From positions 2,999 through 66,998 of the forward strand of contig CALHGZ010000007.1 of assembly GCA_938031175.1 (NCBI GenBank): a stretch of DNA of 64,000 nt, read 5' to 3'. The position numbers and the translations under genes were made by a program. Shown here in pieces: positions 9,673 to 19,570 of this stretch (its first letter is position 1; every line of letters begins with the position of its first letter). The stretch is from Candidatus Kapaibacterium sp. (lineage in GTDB: Bacteria > Bacteroidota > Ignavibacteria > Kapaibacteriales > UBA2268). The notes under the pieces were generated by a model. It saw only the letters and a list, made by a program, of their open reading frames with translations. It searched no databases and was not told where the DNA came from.

Positions 9673-12111
9673 TTAATATTTTATAATCTTTGTAGCTTTT
9701 GCACTGAATCCGTCGTAGATTATGCAAAAATATAGACCAGATGGGCATTGGTAACCATCTGAATTAGCTCCATTCCAATTAATTATAAAGTTACTTTCAT
9801 TTGTATGTATATTTTGGAACTTCCTGACAATTTGCCCATTTGAATTAATGATCTCTAAGTTTATTACCTTCTTATTTGATTTTGGCAATGATATTGAAAC
9901 TGAGTTGCTAAATGGATTAGGATAAACAAGAGGGCTTTTGAAATTAACATCATCATACGATTGTGAAATTGCGGATGACTTTTCAACAAATATTCTAATC
10001 GTATCCGCAGTTACTTTTGATCTATCAATAGCCCTTAAAACAAATTTATATTCGCCGGGAACTGTAAGATTTCTAACAAGTGTATAATTTTTTGTTGGAA
10101 AGTCGATAATAGGCTTTGCAAAATATGGCAAATCTGCTACTGTCCACCATAATGTAATTATATCATTATCGGGGTCAAATGTATCTGAATATAGCATAGT
10201 TGTTGCTGTTTCAGTGGTAATAATTGTGTCTGAAGCAGATAAATACCTGATTACAGGCGGATTATTTAATGGATAAACAGGAACTGTCAGATAAGAATGA
10301 GATGTATCATTTCTATCGTATGCAGAAAATTTAAATTTATAAACTCCGGGTAAAGATAAATTTTTTACAACGCAACGGCTCCGGGTTGGTGTCAGTAAAA
10401 CTGGTTCTGCACCATTGGGAGCTGATACTAAAAACCAATTAACAAAAACGGAATCAGAATCTATATCCCATGCGGAAGCACGCAATTCAGTACTATCAAC
10501 TGGCAAGGTAATTTGTACTGGCAATCGATTATGGACATCATAAATAATGGGTGGATTATTTTTATCGAAATTATATATTCGTAATATACGTTCAACTATA
10601 TTTAATCCATCGCTTACATTAACTTGAAATTTATATTCACCTGGAAGTTTAATATTTTCGATTTCTACAACTGGATTTTCAGGATGTATGAGCTTTGTAT
10701 TGCTTTGATCTGGTTGACTAACTATACTCCATTTATAACTGATTGAATCGAGTTCGGGATCAACTGCTGAGACAGTTAATATGAGACTCGTATCTTTTGA
10801 TGAAAGGTAATTCTTACTTGAAGTAAAATTAGTTATTACAGGTGGAAGATTTTGATGTTTATATGTATATATAGTTGTGATTGAATTAGGTTCAAGTTTA
10901 AGCTCTATATCACTAACTACTCTGAATATCCCTTTTGTGAAATGAATACCTGTTTGAGTATAATTAACAGCATAATCCCCCGGTGGCAAACCAATTATGC
11001 TTATTACATTGCTATCGCCTTTGTTTATTATGATTAATGTATAGTCATCATTTCTTCTAAAAGCTATTGGTTGTATCAATGTATCATTTGAATTAGCAAA
11101 AATTCTAATCGAGCCGGGAGGTATAAATTTAAAAAATTGACGAAATGCCCAAAAAGCTGGATTAGGCGATACGCTGCTAATATTCCAATTCAAAACAGAA
11201 TATGTACTGTATAGATCCCAAATTGATACACCGGCAATATTTAAATCATAGAATAAATTATCAGTATTAGCAAAAAAATATTCTGTTTGAGCAATGGGTT
11301 TATTATAATAATCGGCAAAATTGAAAATATTTTTTAAATAAGTATTCGAAGGATTGTAGCCATGATAGGAAATTAAATCGATCAGTTCTAAGAATTCCTC
11401 ATCATCTTCACTTTGCAATAAATAATCCCATGCAGAGTAAGAAGAGTAAGTCTCGGGAAATTGAATTTTTGTATTTAATCCATATCGAATAAGTTCATTT
11501 TTAAGATATTTAGTAATATCTTTGATAGTTTTTAAATTAAATGGATTATTATTACCTGGTTCATTTAAAATTGAAATATAATCCACATTAATATCAAATG
11601 AGTCTTTTAAAAAAAGAATCTTTGAAATAAGAAATTCAGAATATTCAGCTGGACTATAAAAAAGCCAAATTGGAACCCGTCCCGAGCTACCGGAATTGAA
11701 AAATGAGGGCCTCAAAGTCAAATTGAATGTTTTACCAGATTTTTGAACTTCATCAATAAATGGCAAAGCAAACTTTGATAAATATTTGGAGAAATCATCT
11801 GTGGAAAATGCTTGAAAGTTAATTGAATTAGGGTCCGCATTATCATTTTCCCATTCCCAAGCTCTATAATTAGAGCGATTGCCAGAAAGGAAATCTATCC
11901 TGAGCCGATTTAACCCCAATTCATTGACAAGTAAATTAATTGCGTCATTAATAAGTATATCATCAGCATATTCAGGAAAAGAAACCGAACAGCCCCAAGC
12001 TATAATTTTTTGCTGATAGCAATCAGAACATATTTGAATAACTGGATTTACACTAAAGCTTAGTGAATTCATCAAAGGGAAAATTATTGCTATATATTTA
12101 TATAATTTCAT
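9673..12111 (-). CDS. secreted clan GH-A (GH30-like) glycoside hydrolase with PKD-like repeats and T9SS CTD
   Basis: ILNEP (acid/base) and AQTEY (nucleophile) motifs; three NxPPVI...W...PGxYKF repeats; C-term YPNPF...SGLYF. Confidence 0.65.
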   Translation of the reverse strand: MKLYKYIAIIFPLMNSLSFSVNPVIQICSDCYQQKIIAWGCSVSFPEYADDILINDAINLLVNELGLNRLRIDFLSGNRSNYRAWEWENDNADPNSINFQAFSTDDFSKYLSKFALPFIDEVQKSGKTFNLTLRPSFFNSGSSGRVPIWLFYSPAEYSEFLISKILFLKDSFDINVDYISILNEPGNNNPFNLKTIKDITKYLKNELIRYGLNTKIQFPETYSSYSAWDYLLQSEDDEEFLELIDLISYHGYNPSNTYLKNIFNFADYYNKPIAQTEYFFANTDNLFYDLNIAGVSIWDLYSTYSVLNWNISSVSPNPAFWAFRQFFKFIPPGSIRIFANSNDTLIQPIAFRRNDDYTLIIINKGDSNVISIIGLPPGDYAVNYTQTGIHFTKGIFRVVSDIELKLEPNSITTIYTYKHQNLPPVITNFTSSKNYLSSKDTSLILTVSAVDPELDSISYKWSIVSQPDQSNTKLIHPENPVVEIENIKLPGEYKFQVNVSDGLNIVERILRIYNFDKNNPPIIYDVHNRLPVQITLPVDSTELRASAWDIDSDSVFVNWFLVSAPNGAEPVLLTPTRSRCVVKNLSLPGVYKFKFSAYDRNDTSHSYLTVPVYPLNNPPVIRYLSASDTIITTETATTMLYSDTFDPDNDIITLWWTVADLPYFAKPIIDFPTKNYTLVRNLTVPGEYKFVLRAIDRSKVTADTIRIFVEKSSAISQSYDDVNFKSPLVYPNPFSNSVSISLPKSNKKVINLEIINSNGQIVRKFQNIHTNESNFIINWNGANSDGYQCPSGLYFCIIYDGFSAKATKIIKY

Positions 12112-12224
12112 TTTAATAATTTAATATTTCCCAAACAAATATAAAATAAAAATTTAATTGAAATCATTTATAAAATTTTAAAATATATATTAATTTTGAT
12201 TTTTTAATAAACATAAAAATTTTT

Positions 12225-12791
12225 TTGGAATCATATTGGATATATTTGTTAATTGCACTTGCCCTTGCCCTCGATGCTTTTGCTGTTGCTATTGCTGCTG
12301 GTGCTTATTATGTAAAAGCATCTAATCATCAACGTTTCAGATTATCATTCCATTTTGGTTTATTTCAATTTATTATGCCTATCCTCGGTTGGTTTTCAGG
12401 CATAGAAATTGTCGAAATTATTGAAATATTCGACCATTGGATAGCTATGATTATACTCTCAATTATTGGTATTAAAATGATTTATGAAGGGTTGAATAAT
12501 TCCGAAAATATCATAAAAAAAGATGTATCTAAGGGCTGGTCTTTAATATTACTCTCAATAGCTACTTCAATTGATGCTTTTGCAGTAGGTTTCAGTATCG
12601 GTATAATAAAAGGTACTATCATAGTCCCAAGTATTATGATTGGCATTGTAGCCTCACTTATGACTCTTTTTGGGTTATGGATTGGTGAAAAGTTATCTTT
12701 TAAATTTGGGAAAAGAATCTCCGTCATAGGTGGTCTAATCTTAATCATCATAGGTTTTAAAATTTTAAATGAACATATGCAAATTATCTAA
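12225..12791 (+). CDS. mntP: manganese efflux pump MntP
   Basis: LALDAFAVA, FGLFQFIMP, ATSIDAFAVG; TTG start. Confidence 0.88.
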   Translation: MESYWIYLLIALALALDAFAVAIAAGAYYVKASNHQRFRLSFHFGLFQFIMPILGWFSGIEIVEIIEIFDHWIAMIILSIIGIKMIYEGLNNSENIIKKDVSKGWSLILLSIATSIDAFAVGFSIGIIKGTIIVPSIMIGIVASLMTLFGLWIGEKLSFKFGKRISVIGGLILIIIGFKILNEHMQII

Positions 12792-13039
12792 ATTTTGAAT
12801 TAATAGTTAGATTATAATTATATTACGTACAATTCATTTTTCCTCATAACGTATGCTTTAATTTACATACTTTTCCCATAACTTTTACACAAAATCACCA
12901 AGCGAAGTGAACTAATTTTGATATTTACATAATGAAATTTTATATTATTAGTCTTAAAGCATAGATTTATAAAGAAAAAATAGTTTTTTTAAATTAAATT
13001 TTGTTCATATATTGTGTATAAAATTAAATAATCATTATA

Positions 13040-14017
13040 ATGATTAACAAAAACATAAATAGTATTGATGAAAAAGATAAAACATTGGAATTGCAAAAAG
13101 AAATTGAAGAATTGAAATTAAAAATTCACAATCAGGAACTAATTATTGAACATTTTACTCAATATAACAAATATCTGGAAAATTTACTTTTCTCAAAAGG
13201 TAAAGAGCAACTTGATTCAATAATGCATAAAAATAATGATGAAAACAAAAATTCAAAAAAAGATACTGCTGAGACTACTCTGAAGGAACAGATAATCGAA
13301 ATAAAAAATAAATTTAGTCAAGCAAACAATGCAAAGGATAAATTCATCTCAATTATTGCACATGACCTAATTAACCCATTGCAAACTCTAATATTAGCTA
13401 CTGAAATATTAGCCAAAAATGCTCATAAGTACTCAACTGAACAAATTGTAGAAGAGTGCAATGACATTCATTTTACAGTCCTTCAATTATCCGATTTGCT
13501 CAATAACCTTATGCAATGGTCTAAGACTCAAAGCGGACTAATTGATTATAAACCTGAATATATAGATTTAGAAGAAATAATTGATGAAGTTTTTCAACTA
13601 TTTTTTTTAAATGCCAAACGAAAAAATATTAGTCTTATAAAAGATATCAAAAGATCCCTATTCCCTTATTCAGACAAAAAAATGCTCCGAACAATTTTAA
13701 GAAACTTATTATCAAATGCTATTAAGTTTACAAATCCTGGTGGACAAATAACAGTTTCAGCAAAATCCACCAAAGGCTATGTGCAAGTTACAGTGAGCGA
13801 TACAGGTATTGGTATTGAGAAAGATGTATTAAATCGATTATTTAAAATAGAAGACCATTATACAAGCCCTGGTACAGATGGAGAAAAAGGTACCGGATTT
13901 GGTTTAATTCTTTGCAAAGATTTTACTGAACGTAATGGTGGAAAGATATGGCTTGAAAGCGTACCTAACAAAGGTACAAAAGTCCATTTTACATTACCAG
14001 AGAAGGAATTAATTTAA
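13040..14017 (+). CDS. soluble sensor histidine kinase (HisKA + HATPase_c), coiled-coil N-terminus
   Basis: IIAHDLINPL H-box, RNLLSNAIKFT, DTGIGI, GTGFGLILCK. Confidence 0.9.
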   Translation: MINKNINSIDEKDKTLELQKEIEELKLKIHNQELIIEHFTQYNKYLENLLFSKGKEQLDSIMHKNNDENKNSKKDTAETTLKEQIIEIKNKFSQANNAKDKFISIIAHDLINPLQTLILATEILAKNAHKYSTEQIVEECNDIHFTVLQLSDLLNNLMQWSKTQSGLIDYKPEYIDLEEIIDEVFQLFFLNAKRKNISLIKDIKRSLFPYSDKKMLRTILRNLLSNAIKFTNPGGQITVSAKSTKGYVQVTVSDTGIGIEKDVLNRLFKIEDHYTSPGTDGEKGTGFGLILCKDFTERNGGKIWLESVPNKGTKVHFTLPEKELI

Positions 14018-14019
14018 AT

Positions 14020-15273
14020 TTATTCTCGCTTTACGATAACTAATGTTTTATCATCAGTTAAATCAGAATCAGCAACAAATTTTTGTATTTCATCGAGAAT
14101 ATGGCCTGCAATCATTTTAGGTGTCTCTTTATGATATTTTCTTATGATTTGACATAATCTATCTTCGCCGAACAATATTCCTTCTTTATTTCGCCCTTCC
14201 GTGATACCATCAGTATATAAAACCAGAACATCGCCGACATCCATTTGGAAATTTTCAACCAAAAATTTCTGATTTTCCATAAGGCCTAACAATCCGCCGG
14301 TAGATTTCAAAAATATTGTCTTGTCGATATTTTTTTTATAGAGAACAGGTGGGCAATGCCCTGCATTTGCATATAGAACTAAATGATTTGAGGACATTGT
14401 TAATTCGCAATAAAATAAAGTAACAAATCGCTCAAAAGGGAATGTTTCATAAATTAGATTATTCAATCCCTTCATTAAATAAGAAATTTTAGGGGAAAAT
14501 CTTTTAGCCATTTTTAAGGCGCCCGATACAAATAGCGCCTGAATAGCAGCGGAAAGCCCTTTGCTCGCAGCATCACTAATTACAATACCAAGATTATCAT
14601 CCTCATCGTGCTGAGGAAGCAAATAATCAAAATAATCCCCTCCTACTGCTTCATCTGGAATACACACACCGAAAATATTATAATCAAAAAATTTATAGAT
14701 ATGATCGGGAAAAAGATTTCTTTGTATTTCAGAAGCTTTCGATATATCTTGAGTAATCCTTTGCTTTTCTGCTGTTGTTGCCAGGTTACGTAAAGCAACA
14801 GTTGCAACACTACTAATGACATTCAAAGTTTCATAAAATGACTGTAATATTTGCGGTGCATTGAAACCAAGTAAATATTCATAAAATTTACCCTCTTTTG
14901 TGCGGATGATTTCGCCGACACCAGCGACTGAATATAGAGTTATGCCTGACTTTTTAAGCATCTCATCAGTTTCTACACTCAAAGCAGTTCGTTCTTTTAA
15001 TAATTTAGCAAAAATATCCGGATGGTCACTGACCGGGAACTTATAACCGGCTGGTATTGTCGAAATCGAGCCATATTGGTACTTCAGTTCGTAAACAAGC
15101 TCGTTGGACTTGAGTTGCCAGACTCTGCCTCCAATTATTTCAAATTCTGGTTGACTAACTAAATCCCGAACAAGCGATATTAGTAATTCTAATTCTGACT
15201 TGAATTTCTTAGTCGTCAATTTTTCGACTAATTTATAAATTTCTCTTTGATTGGATGAATAATTGAATTCCAT
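14020..15273 (-). CDS. PP2C/SpoIIE-family (RsbU-like) Ser/Thr phosphatase
   Basis: VGGDYFD, ISDAASKG, ANAGHCPP, LYTDGITE, DDKTLV. Confidence 0.88.
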   Translation of the reverse strand: MEFNYSSNQREIYKLVEKLTTKKFKSELELLISLVRDLVSQPEFEIIGGRVWQLKSNELVYELKYQYGSISTIPAGYKFPVSDHPDIFAKLLKERTALSVETDEMLKKSGITLYSVAGVGEIIRTKEGKFYEYLLGFNAPQILQSFYETLNVISSVATVALRNLATTAEKQRITQDISKASEIQRNLFPDHIYKFFDYNIFGVCIPDEAVGGDYFDYLLPQHDEDDNLGIVISDAASKGLSAAIQALFVSGALKMAKRFSPKISYLMKGLNNLIYETFPFERFVTLFYCELTMSSNHLVLYANAGHCPPVLYKKNIDKTIFLKSTGGLLGLMENQKFLVENFQMDVGDVLVLYTDGITEGRNKEGILFGEDRLCQIIRKYHKETPKMIAGHILDEIQKFVADSDLTDDKTLVIVKRE

Positions 15274-15498
15274 ATTGAAAACATATAATGATGTAATTTA
15301 CAAACTTAAATATTTTTCCTTTGACATGGAAAGTTTCCTGTAAATTTTATATTCTTAATAACTGAAATTCTTTGATTTTTAAGAATTATTATATAATAAA
15401 AACCAATTAAAAACATACTTTTATAAATAATTAAAAAAGAATTATTTATATATTGTTAATTTTGATTACAATTTATAAAATTGTAGCTATCCATTTTT

Positions 15499-15738
15499 AT
15501 GAAAAAAATCACTATGATAGAACTCATCAGGGAAGGAAAAAACAACGATGGGAATAAAACAGAACCCATTCGCATTGCTTTGCCCTTCCAAACCATTGAA
15601 ACCATTAACGAAAGTGCTGACGACCGACAAAAACGCCTTAACAGCTTATTTAACCAAATGGAAAACAATGGCGATTGGCGCAACCGACTTATATGGGGCT
15701 ATAGAAAATACATCCTCTACCTTAGCCAAAATCCATAA
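15499..15738 (+). pseudogene. 5' fragment of type III R-M Mod (DNA methyltransferase) gene
   Basis: ELIREGK...PIRIALPFQTIETINES...WRNRLIWG resembles the N-terminus of type III Mod proteins; ends before the IYIDPPF catalytic motif. Confidence 0.65.
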
Positions 15739-15988
15739 TTACCTCCCTGACTTTATTGTAATAACCACAAATGGTAACCACTGGATTGTCGAAACTAATG
15801 GCTTAGAAGATATCAATGTTAAACAAGAAGACAATGCTGATATAAATTGATGCCACAACGCTACAAATCTAACTGCTATCGAATGGAAATATTTAAAGGT
15901 CCAAAAAAATGATTATGAAAAACTTATGTCAGACAACTTTGCTGATCTTATAACTACTATTTATCTCCCCCTTACATTGATGAATTGA
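15725..15988 (+). pseudogene. 3' fragment of type III R-M Res (PD-(D/E)xK nuclease) gene
   Basis: YLPDFIV...HWIVETNGLED...*CHNATNLTAIEWKYLKVQKNDYEKLMSDNFADL; in-frame TGA at 15848-15850 where W is expected; ExK reads ETN. Confidence 0.65.
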
Positions 15989-16154
15989 AAGCTGAAGTAA
16001 TAAAATTTTAAATATGACTTAGGTTCAAAATTTACATATATCCGCTTTAAGTTTATAGAAAAATTATCGATAAAATAAGTAAATTTGTTTTGTTACAAAT
16101 GCCTTATTAGATTGTTAATTCAATTTATAAGAGAAATTAATTTAAGAGGTTAAG

Positions 16155-18335
16155 ATGAACAAAATTCTCCTATGGTTAGTTTTATTTTCTATTGTATTAA
16201 TATCATTAAATACCGCCTTATCCCAGCAACCGCGGCATATTACTTCACGGGATTTATCTGTATTAGTCAATACCTCAATTTATGTATCTCCGATGAATAT
16301 TATGGGTATAAAATTAGAATGGGAAAAAAATGAACTTGCATTGAGCTATTCAATCCGCAAAAAGAAGCTTAACGAAAATACTTTCCCCACAGTTTTCTTA
16401 GCTGAATTGGATTCGAATACCTTCGAATATATTGATTTGAATGTATCCCCAGGTGAAATCTATGAATATGAAGTTTCAGCTTATTCTTTCGGTTCCGTAT
16501 TAGTTACCTTCCAAGATAATCAAGGCAACCGGTTTGATTCGACAATGTCGTTTTATTTTCGTGCCTTTGGTTACACTGCATCTGCTCTGGCTGCACCAGA
16601 ATACGATGCTCCCGGTAAAGTTCTAATTCTTGTAGATGAAAAAATACAGCCATCAATTGAAAAAGAATTGCAACGCTTAATGAACAATTTAGTGTTCGAA
16701 GGATGGACGGTAGCACGGAAAGATGTCCCACGGACAGAACAATTCGATGGCAATGCTGTACGGGCAATAAAAAATATAATAGTCGAAGAAAGTGCTAGAG
16801 GTGATGACCGTCTGAGTGCAGTTATATTATTGGGGAGAATAGCGGTACCTTATTCGGGCAGGTTCAATCCTGATGCACATCCAGACCATCTAGGGGCTTG
16901 GCCAGCCGATATGTATTATGGTGTTTTAGATGAATGGATCTGGACCGACTTCTCGGTAAACGATGTAAATGCAAGCAGGGTTGAGAACAGAAATATACCC
17001 GGTGATGGTAAATTCGATCAAAGCTCGCTCACTTCTGGAAGTGTGGAAATAGCAATCGGACGGATCGATTTTTACAATATGCCCGTTTTTGTGAATGACT
17101 CTATGTTCACAGAAGAACAGCTCTACAAGCGTTATCTTGATAAAAATCATAAATACCGTATAGGGGATATGGAAATTGAAATGGCTGGTTTAGTTGATGA
17201 TAATTTTTCTGCAGCACGAATTTGGGAGGGATTTGCATCATCTGGATGGCGAAATATTGGAAATCTTGTCGGCAGAAAAAATGTAAAATCTCTTGATTGG
17301 TTCAGTACGTTAAAAAATGAGAGTAAACTTTGGGCTTATGGCTGTGGTGGAGGTACTTATAAAAGTGCTGGCGGAATTGGCGAAACAAAAGATTTCGCAA
17401 TTAATCCTGTAAAGACTGTTTTTACAATGTTATTCGGCTCGTATTTCGGAGATTGGGACTCACAAAACAATTTTCTTCGAGCTTCACTATGCTCCGATCC
17501 ATCGGCTTTGACTTGCACCTGGGCAGGTCGTCCACATTGGTTTTTCCATCATATGGGACTTGGCTTTCCGATTGGATATTCTACATTGATTTCACAAAAC
17601 AATACATCACTTTATCTACCAAACTTTTATTGGATGCCACAAATTTACCCACAATATCCAAATGGTTTTGTTTATTCCATTGCTAATCGTGGGGTTCATA
17701 TAGCTTTGATGGGCGATCCAACGCTTAGAATGTATAGTTCTAAGGTACCAATACCACAAAATGTTTCAGTTTTTCAACGTGATCTGAACACAGTTGAAAT
17801 TCGCTGGGATATACCTGAGGTGGATATGTATATGCATTTCAATGTCTATCGTTCATTCAGTAAATATGGACCTTTTAAAAAGATTAATAAAGACTATATT
17901 CAAGGTAATAGTTATATAGATACCATTACGGGAGATAAAGAAGTTTTTTATATGGTCAGAACTAGTATTCGCCAATTTACAAATTCGGGGATGTTTTTCA
18001 ATCAAAGTCGAGGCATAATAAAGTCAGTTATAATTACAGGGGTAGATGATAAGTATCAGGAAAAGATTGAAGTTTCGGTATCCCCTAATCCTGCAAGCAA
18101 TAATATCGATATCCAGCTTAATTCTCCCTTTGTACAAAATGTTTCCCTTGAGATATATGATTTACAAGGAAGGAAAATTAAATCTATTTATAATGGACAA
18201 TTAATTTCCGGTAGACATCAGTTTGCTTGGAATTTAATAAATGAAGCTCACCAGCCAATCCCTGGTGGGATTTATTTATTAAAAACTACATGCGAACTTG
18301 GTAGTGACATTCAAAAAATTGTAATTATACCATAA
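16155..18335 (+). CDS. secreted protein with Fn3-like domains, peptidase C25 (gingipain)-like core and T9SS CTD; paralog of 23142..25292
   Basis: signal peptide; LLGRIAVP, DMYYG, IGRID, ALMGDPTLRM; C-term SPNPA...GGIYLLK...KIVII. Confidence 0.7.
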   Translation: MNKILLWLVLFSIVLISLNTALSQQPRHITSRDLSVLVNTSIYVSPMNIMGIKLEWEKNELALSYSIRKKKLNENTFPTVFLAELDSNTFEYIDLNVSPGEIYEYEVSAYSFGSVLVTFQDNQGNRFDSTMSFYFRAFGYTASALAAPEYDAPGKVLILVDEKIQPSIEKELQRLMNNLVFEGWTVARKDVPRTEQFDGNAVRAIKNIIVEESARGDDRLSAVILLGRIAVPYSGRFNPDAHPDHLGAWPADMYYGVLDEWIWTDFSVNDVNASRVENRNIPGDGKFDQSSLTSGSVEIAIGRIDFYNMPVFVNDSMFTEEQLYKRYLDKNHKYRIGDMEIEMAGLVDDNFSAARIWEGFASSGWRNIGNLVGRKNVKSLDWFSTLKNESKLWAYGCGGGTYKSAGGIGETKDFAINPVKTVFTMLFGSYFGDWDSQNNFLRASLCSDPSALTCTWAGRPHWFFHHMGLGFPIGYSTLISQNNTSLYLPNFYWMPQIYPQYPNGFVYSIANRGVHIALMGDPTLRMYSSKVPIPQNVSVFQRDLNTVEIRWDIPEVDMYMHFNVYRSFSKYGPFKKINKDYIQGNSYIDTITGDKEVFYMVRTSIRQFTNSGMFFNQSRGIIKSVIITGVDDKYQEKIEVSVSPNPASNNIDIQLNSPFVQNVSLEIYDLQGRKIKSIYNGQLISGRHQFAWNLINEAHQPIPGGIYLLKTTCELGSDIQKIVIIP

Positions 18336-18526
18336 AAAAATTGAATAAAAAGCCTGTATTACTCATAAACCACTGTATTATAAAAGGGTATATAATCTTA
18401 TATAATATTTCTGAGTTTGTTTTTTACATAAATTCAAATAAATGATTTAATGACTGGTTACTTTCCAGTTAGGAATCTAATTATTTAAATCTTATTATCT
18501 TTTCAAAAAAATATTATATTTTAAAA

Positions 18527-18829
18527 TTAACGTTCGAAATCAACAACACGGGTTTCAAGAATGACTTTTTTGATGAATTCAATTACAATTTTATGTTCGG
18601 GATGATTTCGATATGCCAGTAAATCTTCAAAAGTATCAAATTCTGAAACAAGAGCAATGTCGGATGAATTTTCAGAATTAGTAATATTACTGCCGAATTC
18701 ATATTTTTTTATTTGAGGAATTTTTGATGGTAAACCAGATAGCAAACTGAGAACAAGTTCAATGTTTTCCTCTCTAGCTTTCCCCTCGGCAAAATCTTTA
18801 AATTTAAATAGAACAATGTGAACAATCAT
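18527..18829 (-). CDS. Dabb family (stress-responsive A/B barrel) protein
   Basis: MIVHIVLFKFK...YRNHPEH...VVDF. Confidence 0.85.
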   Translation of the reverse strand: MIVHIVLFKFKDFAEGKAREENIELVLSLLSGLPSKIPQIKKYEFGSNITNSENSSDIALVSEFDTFEDLLAYRNHPEHKIVIEFIKKVILETRVVDFER

Positions 18830-18841
18830 ATAATTTCTTTA

Positions 18842-19405
18842 TTATTCTTTTACCCTTTCCATATAGCTACCTGCACGAGTGTCAACTTTAATTATATCCC
18901 CTTCATTAATGAATAAAGGAACTTGAACAGTCGCCCCTGTTTCGAGTGTAGCAGGTTTTAAAACATTAGTAGCAGTATCACCACGAACTCCGGGTTCTGT
19001 ATGAGTAACTAAAAGATTGACTGTAGGAGGCAATTCGCAAGCGATTACTTGATCGCCTTCGAATGAGAGCTGACAGATTTGATTTTCTTTCAGAAATTGA
19101 ATAGCATCGCCAACTAGAAAGTCATCAACGGGTATTTGCTCGTATGTTTCTGTATTCATAAAAACAAGGTGCGATCCATCGCGGTATAAATATTGATAAT
19201 CGCGTTTTTCAATTCGAACAATGTCAATTGATTCACCCGAACGGAATCGATTTTCAAAAAGTCTGCCAGTTTTGATGCTACGCATTTTAACTTGATAAAA
19301 AGCACGTAAATTCCCTGGTGTGCGGTGTTCTGATTCGAGTACCTGACAGGTTTCACCATTGAATTTAATAAATATTCCTGGTCTTAAATCCGAAGTTGTT
19401 CCCAT
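18842..19405 (-). CDS. efp: elongation factor P
   Basis: TPGNLRA loop, QYLY, PGVRGDTA, KPATLETG, VPLFINEGD...DTR. Confidence 0.96.
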   Translation of the reverse strand: MGTTSDLRPGIFIKFNGETCQVLESEHRTPGNLRAFYQVKMRSIKTGRLFENRFRSGESIDIVRIEKRDYQYLYRDGSHLVFMNTETYEQIPVDDFLVGDAIQFLKENQICQLSFEGDQVIACELPPTVNLLVTHTEPGVRGDTATNVLKPATLETGATVQVPLFINEGDIIKVDTRAGSYMERVKE

Positions 19406-19516
19406 AATATTCCATTATAACTTATTAATAGAATACAAAGTTAACATTTTCCTCCATTTTATAAAAATTCAATTCATAACTGCCTTGCAAGTTATTTTAA
19501 GGAACTGAATTTTTAT

Positions 19517-19550
19517 AAAAAAATACCCGAATAAGTTTATATCGGGTATT
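19517..19550 (-). terminator. intrinsic terminator after ahcY
   Basis: AATACCCGA...TCGGGTATT stem with a U-tract on the minus strand. Confidence 0.7.
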
Positions 19551-19570
19551 AAATTAAATTTATGTATCAA

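Noticed and set aside
12112..12224. yybP-ykoY Mn riboswitch upstream of mntP (also considered for the P-type ATPase leader)
   Set aside because: The mntP leader is nearly all A/T, and neither region has the GGGGAGUAG/CGUC/GAGACC elements.
12838..12882. TTTTCC(T)CATAAC direct repeat upstream of the histidine kinase
   Set aside because: Only two imperfect low-complexity copies; not a CRISPR array or a convincing operator.
15848..15850. TGA at a conserved Trp position suggesting stop-codon recoding (TGA=Trp)
   Set aside because: Intact core genes (ahcY, rimO) end in TGA, and the fragment carries other decay, so this is a nonsense mutation in a pseudogene.
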